From Squalus acanthias (Eukaryota), in assembly GCA_030390025.1 (NCBI GenBank), contig CM059451.1:1612001-1676000 (forward strand): a stretch of 64,000 bases of DNA, read 5' to 3'. A program made the translations under genes and the position numbers. Positions 1 to 12,465 of this stretch are shown here, piece after piece. The notes under the pieces are model-generated. The model was given only the letters and a program-made list of their open reading frames with translations. It was not told where the DNA came from and searched no databases. The first letter of the stretch is position 1; every line of letters begins with the position of its first letter.

Positions 1-1019
1 GTGAAGGTGAAGAGGAGAAATTACAGCTGAACCCAATCTGGTCTAATATCCACAACCATACCTTCCACTAGGGGTCATTGGATAGCAATCAAAAGCAGGA
101 ACCCTGGATGACTATTCCACAGCCACCCGCACCCCTCTTTAGCTCATGAGTGCCGAGGCCAATTGTAATGCCCTTACTGCCAACCTGGCTGAGATTAACT
201 AACTCAGCAGAGATTGAGAATCAAACATGGCACCTTCTGGTCTATAGGACAGCGTTGCATGTTCTCCTTAACAATTGAGCCATTAGTGAGCTGTTACATT
301 AGGGCTGACTCATTTCAGTGGGAGTTGATTGCAGTACATGCGTTTTGCCAGCACAGCGGACGTGGTTTGACTTTGCGAGGTTAGCTCCCTGTACTAATGC
401 ACACTGCCTGTGGAAAGGGGAGCTGCACTGCTGGTGAATTTAGTTTTGATGTCACAAGGAAAAGGACTGCTCCGTTTTGGAAGGTGCCGTTGAGGTGTTG
501 ATCCAGGCCATATAGTCAGAGGATTGCCCTCTTCAGAGCAGAGGGACGCCTTCCTATCAGGAACAATGTATGAAATGTGCAATAGCTTTCTGCGCTCAAA
601 ATGGTGCCAAGGCGCAAAATGCGATGCTCTGCGCATCAGGCAAGGAACAGCCCTAATCCTGCAGGGAATTTGGGACCAAGGTATGGACTATGGATGCGAG
701 GGCCAAGTGGAACGAGGCCCTCCCCTGATCTGTCTACGGTATCAAAATGATATCTGGCAGTAATGGTTTTTATAACCCATCCTGTTGGATGTTTTCTCCA
801 AGTGAGTATACTGTGTGTGAAATCCATATTGGTCAAGTTGATTAACTGAAGCAGCTCCCATTGTTGTTTTCAAGAGGCAAAGGAACCAATGGGGAGTACA
901 AGTGAGCCTTGGAAGTCATTCTGCCTGAAGCGAAATGTCCATTTTTATCCTCCCTTTCATGCTGCCATGTTAGTGATGACACATGTAGGGTTAAGTTCTA
1001 AAGTTTCTTTTCTTTGTAG

Positions 1020-1140
1020 GTTCCTCTTTCAGCTCCAAGTGCTCCTGCAATGAGTAACATGCCCTCAGGTCTGCCAAAGGAGCTGAGCGATCTCAGGCTG
1101 GGAACAACATCTCCTTCAGTCACAGGCACATTCACACCAG
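1020..1140 (+). CDS. GRASP55/GORASP2-like gene, internal exon at the start of the Ser/Pro-rich C-terminal region
   Basis: Acceptor tttctttgtag, donor gtactg; 121 nt, phase 0 to 1; VPLSAPSAPAMSNMPSGLPKELSDLRLGTTSPSVTGTFTP(G), similar to recalled GORASP2 VQLSSVNPPSLSPPGTTGIEQSLTGLSISSTPPAVSSVLST(G); joins in frame to the next three exons. Confidence 0.75.
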
Positions 1141-1682
1141 GTACTGGTAGAATTACTTTAATGGTGCATTTACGTCACAACTACTTCAGGAAGTGATTTC
1201 TGCAGTGCCAGCTCTAGGCCCCTGTGCTGCAGAAACCATCCCCTTTTTAAATTACAGGCAGATTTATACAGTACTGGACCATGGGTACAACCACCAACAA
1301 TGATGGTAGGAACATCCTACTCCACCGACACGTGCCCTTTAACCGCTCATGCACTCCCTCCACCACCGGCGGACCTTCACTGCAGTATGTACTAGCTACA
1401 GGATGCACTGGAGCAACTTGCTGAGGCTTCTTCAACAGCACCTCTCAAACCCATGACCTCTACCACCTAGAAGGACAAGGGCAAGGGCAGCAGGAGCATG
1501 GGAACACCACCACCTCCAAGTCACACAGCATCCTGACTTGGGCATATATCTCCATTCTTTCATCATCGCTGGGTAAAAATCCTGGCACTCTTTACTTAAC
1601 AGCACTGCGGGAGCACCTTCACACGGACTGCAGCAGTTCAAGAAGGCTCACTACCACCATCTCAAGGCAACTAGGGATGGGC

Positions 1683-2213
1683 ATAGGAACAGGAGGAGGC
1701 CATTCAGCCCCTCTAGCTTGTTCTGCCATTCGATTAGATTATGCCTGATCTGTATCTTAACTCTATTTACACCCCCCCCCCCGGGTTCCGTAACCCTTAA
1801 TACCCATGCCTAACAAAAATCTATCAAATCTCAGTTTTGAAATTTTCAAGTGACCCCCAGCCTCAGTAGCTTTTTGGGGGAGAGTGTTCCAGATTTCCAC
1901 TACCCTTTGTGTGAAGAAGTGCTTCCTGACATCACCCCTGAACGGCCTGGCTCTAATTTTAAAGTTATGCCCCCTTGTTCTGGACTCCCCCCACCAGAAG
2001 AAATAGTTTCTCTCTCTCTACCCCATCAAATCATTTAATCATCTTTAAGCACCTCAATTAGATCACCTCTTAATCTTCTATACTCAAGGGAAAACAAGCC
2101 TAGTCTAAGCAGCCTGTCCTCCTAATTTAACCCTTTTAGCCCCGGTATTGTTCAGTGAACCTGTGCTGCACCCGCTCCAAGGCCAATATATCCTTCCTGA
2201 GGTGCGGTGCCCA
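1683..2213 (-). mobile_element. CR1 3' fragment
   Basis: CR1 3' stem-loop and C-terminal ORF2 remnants. Confidence 0.85.
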
Positions 2214-5200
2214 GACTCGATTTTATGGCTGCTATTCAAAATGTGTCTCTCAACAAGGTGGATCGTATAACTCATCCCCACACAGCTTCTTTCAAACTCA
2301 GGATGCAACCTACTCCTCTGCCCCCCACAGCATTGGCATCCAATTGGATTGCAACAGATCTGCTAAATCAGTAAATGAATTGGAACTCTCCAAAGACAGC
2401 ACTGGTCAACATTGGCCTGGAAAATCTGGACACATTAGTTGGGAATTGCCCGATTGGCCCAGGTGCTGGTTGTGCCAGCGGTTTTAGAGAGCGGCGCTTG
2501 GACGAACTGGAAGCTTTGCAGTGCTTGATGTGGAGAAGAGCCGAGGAACCCGGAGCAGCAAGAGCTGGAGCAGGCACCTCCAGCAGCAGAACAGACAAGA
2601 GCCCTGGGACCGTGAGCCAGCAGCCACGAGTGCACAGCCAGCCGTTAGTTTGTAGCCGCTGGTTCACAGCCAGCAAGCAGCAGCCGCCAGATCGCAGCCA
2701 GTCTGCCGCAGAACAGGGGAGGGGGGGGGGGGGGGGGCCGGGCCAGTGCGTGCCTCGCGTTACAGGGGCAGCGACACCCGCTTTGGCAGCTGGGGTGGGC
2801 AGGGAGGGGAAGGGGAACTCCCAGACTGGGAGCAGAAGAGACAGTCGTGCTAGTATATTTTGCTTTTAAAGTTTGAGAGTTAATACAGAAGTATTGCAGG
2901 AACAGTAGAAATTGTACAATACTGCCGTGTTAACTCTGTGACCTACTGTACCAGCACTGCTGTCTTCCCCCGCTCCCTATTCTGATGATGAATGCTGGTT
3001 GGGACTTCCCTGACTATCCCGGGTGGTGGTTGCGCATATGTGCTGGATCTATATGTGAGCGACTGCATGTGCGCATACATAGCTGTGACTTTGCCAGAGG
3101 CTGCTGCCTCCTCCACTGGCTGGGGAAGGTCCTGTACTGGGCGCACTTCAGCACTCCACTTGCTGTGGTTTTAAACACAACATGGTTGCCTCTGACAGCA
3201 AGTATTTTTTTTTCTCTCTCAATTTTTGTGCCCATCAAGGTGAGGGATGCTAGTGCTGCAGCATGGAACACTCGTAGGCACTTTTACCTTCCTGTTCGCG
3301 TCCCACAGAAGTAGCTCTCGAAACAGAGACCCATGACCTCTGCTGCCCTTCCAGTTACATTACAGTACTTTTAAGAATGTCTTCATTCTTTTCACTTACA
3401 AGATATGATGGGGTATTAGTTAATATGTGGTGTAGTTATCGTAACCTTCCAGCAGGAAGTTAATGACAAAGCTTCAGGTGACTAATGCTGTTCTAATGCT
3501 TAATTCAGAAAGGTAATATTTCACTTTTACTGAAAATCTTAATCTCAGACACTAACAAAATATCAGTTATATTTCAATGTTAGCGCTGTGATCATTCTTC
3601 AATGCAATCTCATGCAGCTAAGCATTGCATTTGTCAAGGACAGCTGGCGACTATTTCCGAAGTGTATTGATGACACTTGATGAATATTTTTATCATTACC
3701 ATGTCTCCTTTTAAATTAAAACACTGCTTCAGGTTGAGTTTTCCCCGGTTATCTCTCAGACTTTCAATTTTATGTTCTGGGTTGAGAACCGTTTTTAAAA
3801 TGTAATTAATTGCTGCTGGGTCTAAATCCTGGAACTCCCTCCCTAACAGCGCTGTGGGAGTACCTTCACCACACGGACTGCAGCGGTTCAAGAAGGCGGC
3901 TCACCACCACCTTCTCGAGGGCAATTAGGGATGGGCAATAAATGCTGGCCTTGCCAGTGACTCCCACATCCTGTGAATTAATAAATGTTTTAAAAAGCAT
4001 TAAAAAACATTTTTTTTAAATTAAAATGGTCATTCAGCAGCCTGGTAAGTAATTTTCCTGATCTTGGAGAATTTGTCTTGCATGTATTAAAAGATTAAAT
4101 TGTCTTGTTGCAGTTGTTCTCTTTCCCACTTTGCTGCTCCTCCATTCGTCATTCAACCCTATTCCTTTGCTGATGATTCGACTCCACATTGATCAGCTTC
4201 CTCCAGATCGCCCGCCTTTGGTGCTCCAGAATTTCAGTCCTCTTGCATTGCAATGGCTGACTTACTTTAAAAAAAAAAATCTCTTCCTTCAGTAGAGCAG
4301 TCAAAATCTTGTTTCTTTTAATTCCTCGAAAGTCCGCTTCTTAATTCCTCAGTCTGTTTCTTCATGTGTCCAATCAACAGCTCCCACCTCTTACCTTCGA
4401 CTCCATTCAGCGTTCTTTGATTCTGTCTGATCAGATCACAAATGTCATTCCCACATCTGCTCAGTTGTCAAAAGCTGTCTCCAAGAAGCTTGGTTTTCAC
4501 TTTCACACTGCGCACTTCTTTTCAACTTCAACAGCTCTTAATGTTTATAATATAAATCTTGCATCTGCATGCACTCCCTGTCTACTCTTTGCATTAGACT
4601 TTATTAAGAATTTATAATGGAAACTGCCTACATTAACCTTGTCAGGCTGTAATTGCATCCTTCCCTCAACAGTGGAGTCACTGCAGTGCTGCTACTGGCA
4701 GGATTCTGTAATTACAGTGTGACGAGCTTACATAAGCAGTTTCCATGATAAATATGGACATAGCAATTTATCATGGAAATATAAAATGGAAGACAGAATG
4801 TATGACTTAAAAAGGGGACTAGATTACATCTGTGCACCTTGGTCGAATTATCCTCCACATTCCAACCCTGCTTCACCTGGAGGCTACACTTGCTGTTGAC
4901 TTCCCATGTGTAACGCCATGGGGGGATTGACTAGGATTCGGTGTAAAGTCCAAATCCATCCAAGATTTGAACACTCCTTCCACTCTCTGTTGCAGCCATT
5001 TTTGTCCCCTCTCTATTACAGATACTGTCCTGCTTAGCGTTCCTCTGAACTTTCCTCTCTTCTAAGCTCCCAATATATTGTGTTGCATTTTCTTCCTCCT
5101 CTCTATATCTACACTGTTGAGATCATGAGTAGTTTTCCAACAGAATGGAACATTTCAGTGCACCCAGTTTTCTGATATCTGCTGCTGCTTAGTGAGAAAA

Positions 5201-5858
5201 TTGCTCCTCATGACTCATTGCGTAGTACCTTACTCTAATTCCGTCTTTCCCAGGATCTCCAAGCTGTCCAAGTGCTTACCTCTGTCTTTCCTTCCTCCTC
5301 CAATCTATAGGTTTCCTGACTTGCCACATCATCCTCTAGCATTCTTTTCGACCTTGGTGCTATCCTGCATTATGAGCCTTAGTCCTTGACCTAGTACCTT
5401 CTCAATTAAAAAAAAAACCATGCAGGCACATAGAACCAGCTCTGTGCATTTAGTGAGCCATACAGAAGGCACCTAATGTTACTGCAGCTCGCAAGATTTG
5501 TGAAAATGTGGGTCAGCAGTGCTGCCACTCTGCAGCAGTTTAGTCCTTTTTATATTTGAGTGGCACTTATGATGTGAGAATTGCACTTCTGTTTATCGCA
5601 CTCTTAAATGCCAAATGTCTGCATCTATCCCGTGCTGTACCTGCTCAATGTTGAGTAAAACTCCTTTACTTGAGGCAGTTTGGCACTATGGCCATGTGTT
5701 CATTGAGACTGCCCAAATTCATTTCATGGAGGAGTCTTGCAGGCAATAGAGATTTTCATTGCAGCAGTCTGGGCTGAATTTGAGCACTTGCCCCAGAGGC
5801 CTAAGCTAGCGTGGAACCCACTGCACCACCTAGTCCCTGGGCAACAAAGGCCTTTATC

Positions 5859-6386
5859 CGCAAATCCATTGGCAGGATAGGCGCACCAACGTCTGTGTTC
5901 TTGCTCAGGCCAACATCCCCAGCATCGAAGCTTTGACCACGCTCGATCAGCTCCGATGGACGGGTCACATTGTCCGCATGCCCGATACGAGACTCCCAAA
6001 ACAAGTGCTCTACTCGGCGCTCCGGCACAGCAAGAGAGCCCCAGGTGGACAGAGGAAACGCTTCAAGGACACCCTCAAAGCCTCCTTGAAAAAGTGTAAC
6101 ATCCCCACCGACACCTGGGAATCCCTGGCCCAAGACCGCACAAAGTGGAGGAGAAGCATCCGGGAAGGCGCCAAACACCTCGAGTCTCTTCGCCGGGAGC
6201 AAGCGGAAGCCAAGCGCAAGGAGCGCACGTCAACCCAAGCACCCCACCCACCTGCTCCTTCAACCACCGTCTGCCCCACCTGTGACAGACTGTAGGTCCC
6301 ACATTGGACTCATCAGTCACCTGAGAACTCATTTTTAGTGTGGAAGCAAGTCATCCTCGGTTCCGAGGGACTGCCTAAGAAGAAGA
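5859..6386 (+). mobile_element. 5'-truncated RTE-clade LINE with 46-bp TSD
   Basis: QLRWTGHIVRMPDTRLPKQVLY...GGQRKRFKDTLK, C-terminal zinc-finger remnant, (AAG)n tail; direct repeat 5813-5858 / 6387-6432. Confidence 0.93.
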
Positions 6387-8280
6387 GGAACCCACTGCAC
6401 CACCTAGTCCCTGGACAACAAAGGCCTTTATCTTCCTATTGGTCGCACAGGCCAGTAATACCTTCTAGTTGTTTCTCTACCTATGGCACTGGTAGTGCTA
6501 CTTTGCCTCTGGTAGCTCCAGGATTGCCATCAAAGTAAATTCAAAACTACACATTTGTTCATCTCCCAATTTTACTTGGTGAATGGCCCTGTGACTCATT
6601 ACTCAAGTTGCTTCAGTTCTAGTACTGGCAGGAGTTGGGTCTTGTCGGGTTTGTGGACACCAGGTTCTCAGCTGCTACTGACTGCTTCAGCCACTGCTGC
6701 AGTTTTGTGACTGGAATGGGCAATATTTGGCAATCGAAACTTTTAACAAAAAGGAACGGTGGGCTTCAATTAAATCACTTTAAAAAAAAAAAGTATTCTG
6801 GCAAATGGAAATTGAATCATAGTTTGCTTTGGCTTCCATGTCTCATTAAAATAAGGGTCTTGGGGCATCCCAGTGACTATAGAAAAAGGCCAGGCTGTGT
6901 CCCATCAGTTGCTTCATTTTGATATTGCTGCTGTTACAAGGGCAATCTGCAAGTCTTCAAGATGCAAGAACACTCTCAAAGATGCCTTCCTCCTGAAATT
7001 ACAATTGTGGTTGTTCTTTCTTGGGTGATGCGGGATATTGACGACTGTTTCCACTAGTGTCCCTTTCAAAAATGGTTTCAAAGAATCATAACTTAATATC
7101 CATTTTGTATACTTTATGTAGATTTATATGGACTGGGGTCATTTTTAATTGCCCAGCTCTTATCTCTATGCTAACACTCTCGATTATACAGTTGCCTTTC
7201 TTATCGGACTGCTTATCTGACATCAAGTCCGATTGGCTTCCACCAGAATTCAGTACACTTGCTCAACACTGAGCTGAGTCTCAAATCCCATATCCTATCC
7301 ATTATTAAGACCACATATCTCCACCTCTGTACAATTGCCTGTCATCGCCCGTACCTCTTCCCTCGCTGCCACCGAAACCCGTATCTATGCTTTCATTGCC
7401 TCACGACTTAAACTTTTCCAAGGCCTTGATCTCCACACATTTCAACTCCTCCAAGCCTGCATTGTCCCACAGTAAATCTTGCTCGCCCATCTCCTCTGCT
7501 CTTGGTGAACTCCATTGGCTCCCTGCCTTGCAATGGGTTAATTCAAAATCCTTTGTCCCCATTTACAAATTCCTCCATGGCCTCACCCTACTCTATCTCT
7601 GCAGCCTTCTCCAGTGCCGTGTCCCAGTTTGTGCGCCATGGTCCTCTTGCTCTAGCCTCCTGTGCAGTCCTTCTGGTGCTCTTCACTCAGTAGCTCGGCT
7701 TTCAGCTGTCTGTCTTCTGCCTGGAATTCGCTTCCCAAGCCTCTTTGCCTTGCTATCTACCTCTCAGCCTTTGACTGCCTCCTGTCTCTTCGACCACACC
7801 TCTAGCCAGCTCTCCTAAATCTTGTACTGCTGCTTGGGAAGTTTTATGATGTTACAAGGTGCCATACAAATGCAAGTTGTTGATACAGCTCACAGGACTG
7901 GCTCAGAGGATTTACTGGTGTGACTGAGAAAGCTGAATTACCCTGCACCAACTCTTATTTACTGATGTTCTTGTGTTTTGCCTAATTTTTTCCATCCTGT
8001 GTCTGTCACCATTATTTGCTGTTCAAAACAAAAATCAGTCGGTATAATGGCAGAGAGCAAGGGTAGTTTGACTTCTCACTTTCTTTGCTAGGAAATAGTA
8101 TGGAGCACAGGTGGAAAGTTTTAAAAAAAACTTCAGTGTCAAATCCAAAGGGGAGGAATGAAATAATGAAAAATGGTTTTATTTGTACTGTGCAGAGATG
8201 AATCTATGAAATACTGTAATATTATATGTCTGCTTTTTCAAGGTGCTTTTCAGTAAATTCTAATGCTTTCTTGTTTTCAG

Positions 8281-8370
8281 GTTCTGTGGGTGTTCCATTG
8301 TTCCCTTCCCCTTTGAACGAACCCTTCACTGTGTCATTAGCCAATGCGGCCATCACCAGTACTGTGCCAG
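8281..8370 (+). CDS. GRASP55/GORASP2-like gene, internal exon
   Basis: Acceptor ttcttgttttcag, donor gtatgc; 90 nt, phase 1-1; GSVGVPLFPSPLNEPFTVSLANAAITSTVP(G) vs recalled GORASP2 GVPTVPLLPPQVNQSLTSVPPMNPATTLP(G). Confidence 0.78.
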
Positions 8371-9394
8371 GTATGCCCAGGACAATGGTTCATGTAGGCT
8401 TTGAATAGATTTTGTAGTGCAGCTACTCCCTCCATGTGAATAATACATTGGTGTTTATTAGTTATACAGTATATTCTGTACATGCTCCAGTAAACTGCGT
8501 TTTTTTAATATAAAAATAAAATAACTTGGTTTGACACCTTTTGCTGGTGGTTGATCGCCCAGTCAGTTGTCAGCCACTTGCCTTAAACCTTCGTCCTTCC
8601 CACACGGGGGGGCTCTTTCTGTAGATCCCCCAAATGTTACTGCATCAAAGGAAGTCCCCTGCCCCTCAAGTTAACATCACATCTGTCTGTCTTGCTTTTC
8701 TTGCCCTTTCTTGAAGGGGCTCACTCCTGCTGATGAGATACAGGGGGTAGAAATGCACCCTGGGAGGTAGCGCAAACCAGGCGCTATCGAATTGGCAGCC
8801 CGTTTTACATGCCGCTCTCTTTTTTTCCTTTTCCATGGATTTTTTTTTTAAGCCCCCATAAAAAAGTATTACATAGCAATCACAATACAGCAACAGGCTA
8901 TTTGGCTCAACCAATCCGTGTTGCTGTTTATCTTCTACATGAGCAGTGATCCTAATCCCGTGTGTCCACCCTGTTCCCATATCACTTTATTTCCCTTTCT
9001 TCTTTCAACCTCCTATCTAACCTATTCTTAAATGTTGACACAGTCTCTGCCTCAATCACTAACTCTGGTGTATAATATATTTTTTATATATTATAATTTA
9101 TATTCCTCCGGTGCCCCCTCTCTCTGCCCCTCTTTCCTCTTGTCCTGTTACTTTGGCTTACACATGGACCATGATAATTTGCTGCTCTCCTCCCCTTCTG
9201 TAATCTTTTCCAGTCTTTCCAGAATGTCCCTGGCCGTAGCCTCTGGGAGGCAACAAAGTATCTGGGACTCTGAACTGCAGAAGATAGTGTCCAGCCCTCT
9301 ATTGAGTCTCCTATTACTAGTGCATTCCTAACCGAATCGCAAATCTCTTTCCCGCTTCCCCCCCCCCCCCCTCCCCAACCCACCTTGAGCCATC

Positions 9395-9572
9395 TCCTGT
9401 TTTTTGTACAATAGCAAAATACTGCGGATGCTGGAAATCTGAAATAACAACAGAAAATGCTGGAAACACTCAGCAGGCCAGGCAGCATCCGTGGAGAGAG
9501 AAACAGAGTTAACGTTTCAGGTCTGGGACCCTTCTTCAGAACTAGTCAGAACAGAAGGGTCTCCGACCTGAA
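9395..9572 (-). mobile_element. Penelope-like terminus with an intact hammerhead motif (9507-9543)
   Basis: Minus strand aguu-CUGAAGA-agggucccagaccu-GAAA-cg-UU-aacu; same terminus as the GIY-YIG-bearing copies at 49150 and 62450. Confidence 0.8.
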
Positions 9573-10613
9573 CCCACGGGAAACCAATACCTCAAACTTG
9601 TTATAAAAGATAGTTTTATCTGGGTATTCCTGCTCCAGCCTGACCCTCATCACTTTCCTTGACCTGTGGATGGTCACCACTCCTTCCTGGACCACTGCCA
9701 CCTCCCTATCCCTGTGGGATGACTACCCACTGAAACTCTTGCTTTTGAAACCTCTCTTCCCTCCCTGATGTGTTGGATTGCCTCCGAATCTATATCAAGT
9801 TCTGAGGTCTTAAGTCAAGTAATCACACTTGGACAATCGAGTTAACATCTGCCACTCAAAATCCCGCGTCCTGCAGGAGCCGCACACCACTGTCCCAGCC
9901 TGTGCTGCGATTCCTACTATAAATGTATAAAAAGTATGTTTGTTGTGTATTTCTACTTAAATTTCAATCAACTGCTCTGCTCCTCCTTCTCCCTTGAGCC
10001 GAATTCCCATTATGTGGTTTCTCAGGCAGTGGTGGACCTCTGATGATCGGACCAATATTGCAAGATTGCGCTCCAACACGGAGCCGCGCAGGACGTGAGA
10101 ACGGGTTGGAGAGTTGGGTGCGGAGCTCTATGCACCCAATTCTCTGCACCCTGGATCTTGCAATGACAACGTTTGCAGTTTTTGGAAGCCGAGCTGCCAT
10201 CCAGCACGAGCCTTAGTTCGCCTTCAACTACCATGCAAATATGCCTGTAGTACTTGGGTGTGTGTGCAATTTTTATTTAAAAAAAAAATCATTTCTTCTG
10301 TGCTACTTTTTACTCCCATGGAAGTAGCCGGGTTGCGGATAGGTTCTCCGTAAACTTCTTGAATGGTGACTGGGCGGCAGCCGTGTTGTTGTGGTGCTGC
10401 CATGGTTTTTTCTTTGGTCTCCCTCCTGTTGGTAAAACCGCTCCACATGATTATGCGGGAGGTTTCACCAGTAGGAGGGTGAAGCTGCCTTCCAGTGTGG
10501 CCATGTGGCGTGACTGGACTGCAAATCTGTTGGAATCGTCACTGTTGAGTCCAGGTTGTGCAAATGTCGCACATTTAAGCCTTTCCCTCTGCCAACTGTT
10601 TTTTCTTCTTTAG

Positions 10614-10739
10614 GTCTGATAACGGCACCACCTGTGTTTACCAACCTACCGAATTTTCCAAACTTAAATGTGGCTTTTCCCAACCTTGCTGTGGGGACAC
10701 TACCAGGATTAGGAGGGAATCCCATTGCCACGTCCACAG
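10614..10739 (+). CDS. GRASP55/GORASP2-like gene, penultimate coding exon
   Basis: Acceptor ttttcttctttag, donor gtaaat; 126 nt, phase 1-1; GLITAPPVFTNLPNFPNLNVAFPNLAVGTLPGLGGNPIATST(G) vs recalled GORASP2 GLMPLPAGLPNLPNLNLNLP. Confidence 0.8.
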
Positions 10740-11329
10740 GTAAATATGTATTTGTGTATTGCTGTGTGTTTTGTGATTTTTGGAGGGGTGGGGGGAATAT
10801 TTTATTTTAGAGCCATTGGTGTCTCGAGTCCAGCCCAGTCAGAGCGGATTACTTCATCCCTTTCCTGCGGTGACCACCCATCAAAATTTTGAACCGACCA
10901 TTCTGGTTTTGGGGGGGTGGCTGCCCAGTAATTGTGATATTTAAAAAGTGTACTGGCAAAAAAAAATAAAAAATCTGGTTTTCTGACACTATTGTTCTAT
11001 AAGGATGTAGTGTTGTTGCAAATTGGTCTGCTTGCAGCATGTGCAAACGTGAAACGAGTGTGTACGAGTCGACCATTTTGCTCATGCTTAATTGGCCTAC
11101 CCATCATTCCATATTAAGAGTGATCAAACCACTTGCACATTCCCTTTTAATTGGACTGGTCACCTGTTGTTGACTGCATTTTGTGATGTAGAATTTTTGC
11201 TGGTCATTGGGGCTGACAGAGGTAAAAGTTGGATTAGGGAGAGAGAGTTTTATTTTATAAAGTTGCCTTTTACTTTTTTTAAATTGGGGTTCTTCAATGT
11301 ATTTCTAAGTTTGGTAGGGAGAAGATAGA

Positions 11330-11720
11330 AGGCTGACCTAATAGGTCTTTAAGATTATGAAAGGGCTCGATAGGGTAGACATAGAGAAGATGTTTCCACT
11401 TGTGGGGGAGACCAGAACTAGGGGCCATCAATATAAGATAGTCACTAATAAATCCAATGGGAATTCAGGAGAAACTTCTTTACCCAGAGAGTGGTGAGAA
11501 TGTGGAACTCGCTACTACAGGGAGTGGTTGAGGCGAATAGCACAGATGCATTTAAGGGGGAAGCTGGATAAACACATGAGGGAGAAAGGAATAGAAGGAT
11601 ATGTTGATGGGGTGAGATGAAGAGGGGTGGGAGGAGGCTCGTGTGGAGCATAAACACCGGCATAGACCAGTTAGGCCGAATGGCCTGTTTCTGTGCTGTA
11701 GACTTTGTCATTCTCTATGT
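11330..11720 (+). mobile_element. CR1 3' fragment
   Basis: DLI.VFKIMKGLDRVD...RRNFFTQRVVRMWNSL remnant and CR1 tail. Confidence 0.85.
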
Positions 11721-12169
11721 AAACTTAGTGAGCGATTCCAAGTGTGGACCAGCTTTGTTTCTAGTCTTGGATGCTGTTCAGCAGACATTCAAATCTAAAA
11801 TCTTTAGTACTGGCAGAATGTACTCCCATGGTGGTTGGCGTCTCTGCCCTGGATTGATGTGATGACTGCCCAAAACCTGAATGAGTGAATAAAACGTAGC
11901 TGCTTCATTTGTGGCTGATACAGCAGTGCGAGGTCAACCATGGAGGCTTACTTAATATTGGGAGATAGGAGAGGAGTGCTAATACTGTCATTGATGGAGT
12001 TCAGGTGAGATCCACAAGTTACTTGCATTTTGCTCTTCTGGTTTATGTTGTTAGCTGAGTATACTGATTTTTATAACTTCTGTTCCCTCAGCTGGCTAGC
12101 ACTTGCTCATTGTATTAATAACACTGTTGAAGTTGGAATAGTTTCTTGTACTTTCATTTAAGGAAAATC

Positions 12170-12465
12170 TTAAATGGACTCACCCAAGTCCAGATTGATG
12201 GCATGAAAGTCTCCTCTGACTATAAGGGTCCTACATGAAATGGAGTTTGATTAGTCTAAATCCAGTTACTAATGAGCAAGATCCCATAGTACAAAACAAA
12301 AGCTAATTTGGCACAAAATTGGGAACTTTTTCAGAGGGGCCACAAGGTGACTGCTGTGGGGAAATGTCACACTGGTACAGTATGGGGAGCTTATTCTGAG
12401 GCTATGTTTGAGCATAGTGCAGCGGGAGCTTTACTCTGCATCTAACAGTGCTATACTTGAGCTGT
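12170..12465 (+). mobile_element. LF-SINE-like ancient SINE
   Basis: ggtcctacatgaaatggagtttg...tccagttactaatg...ttggcacaaaattgg resembles the recalled LF-SINE core; second copy at about 54410-54710(-). Confidence 0.6.

Noticed and set aside
2375-2869. 164-aa ORF as a nested gene
   Set aside because: GC-rich, low-complexity, no domain or splice support
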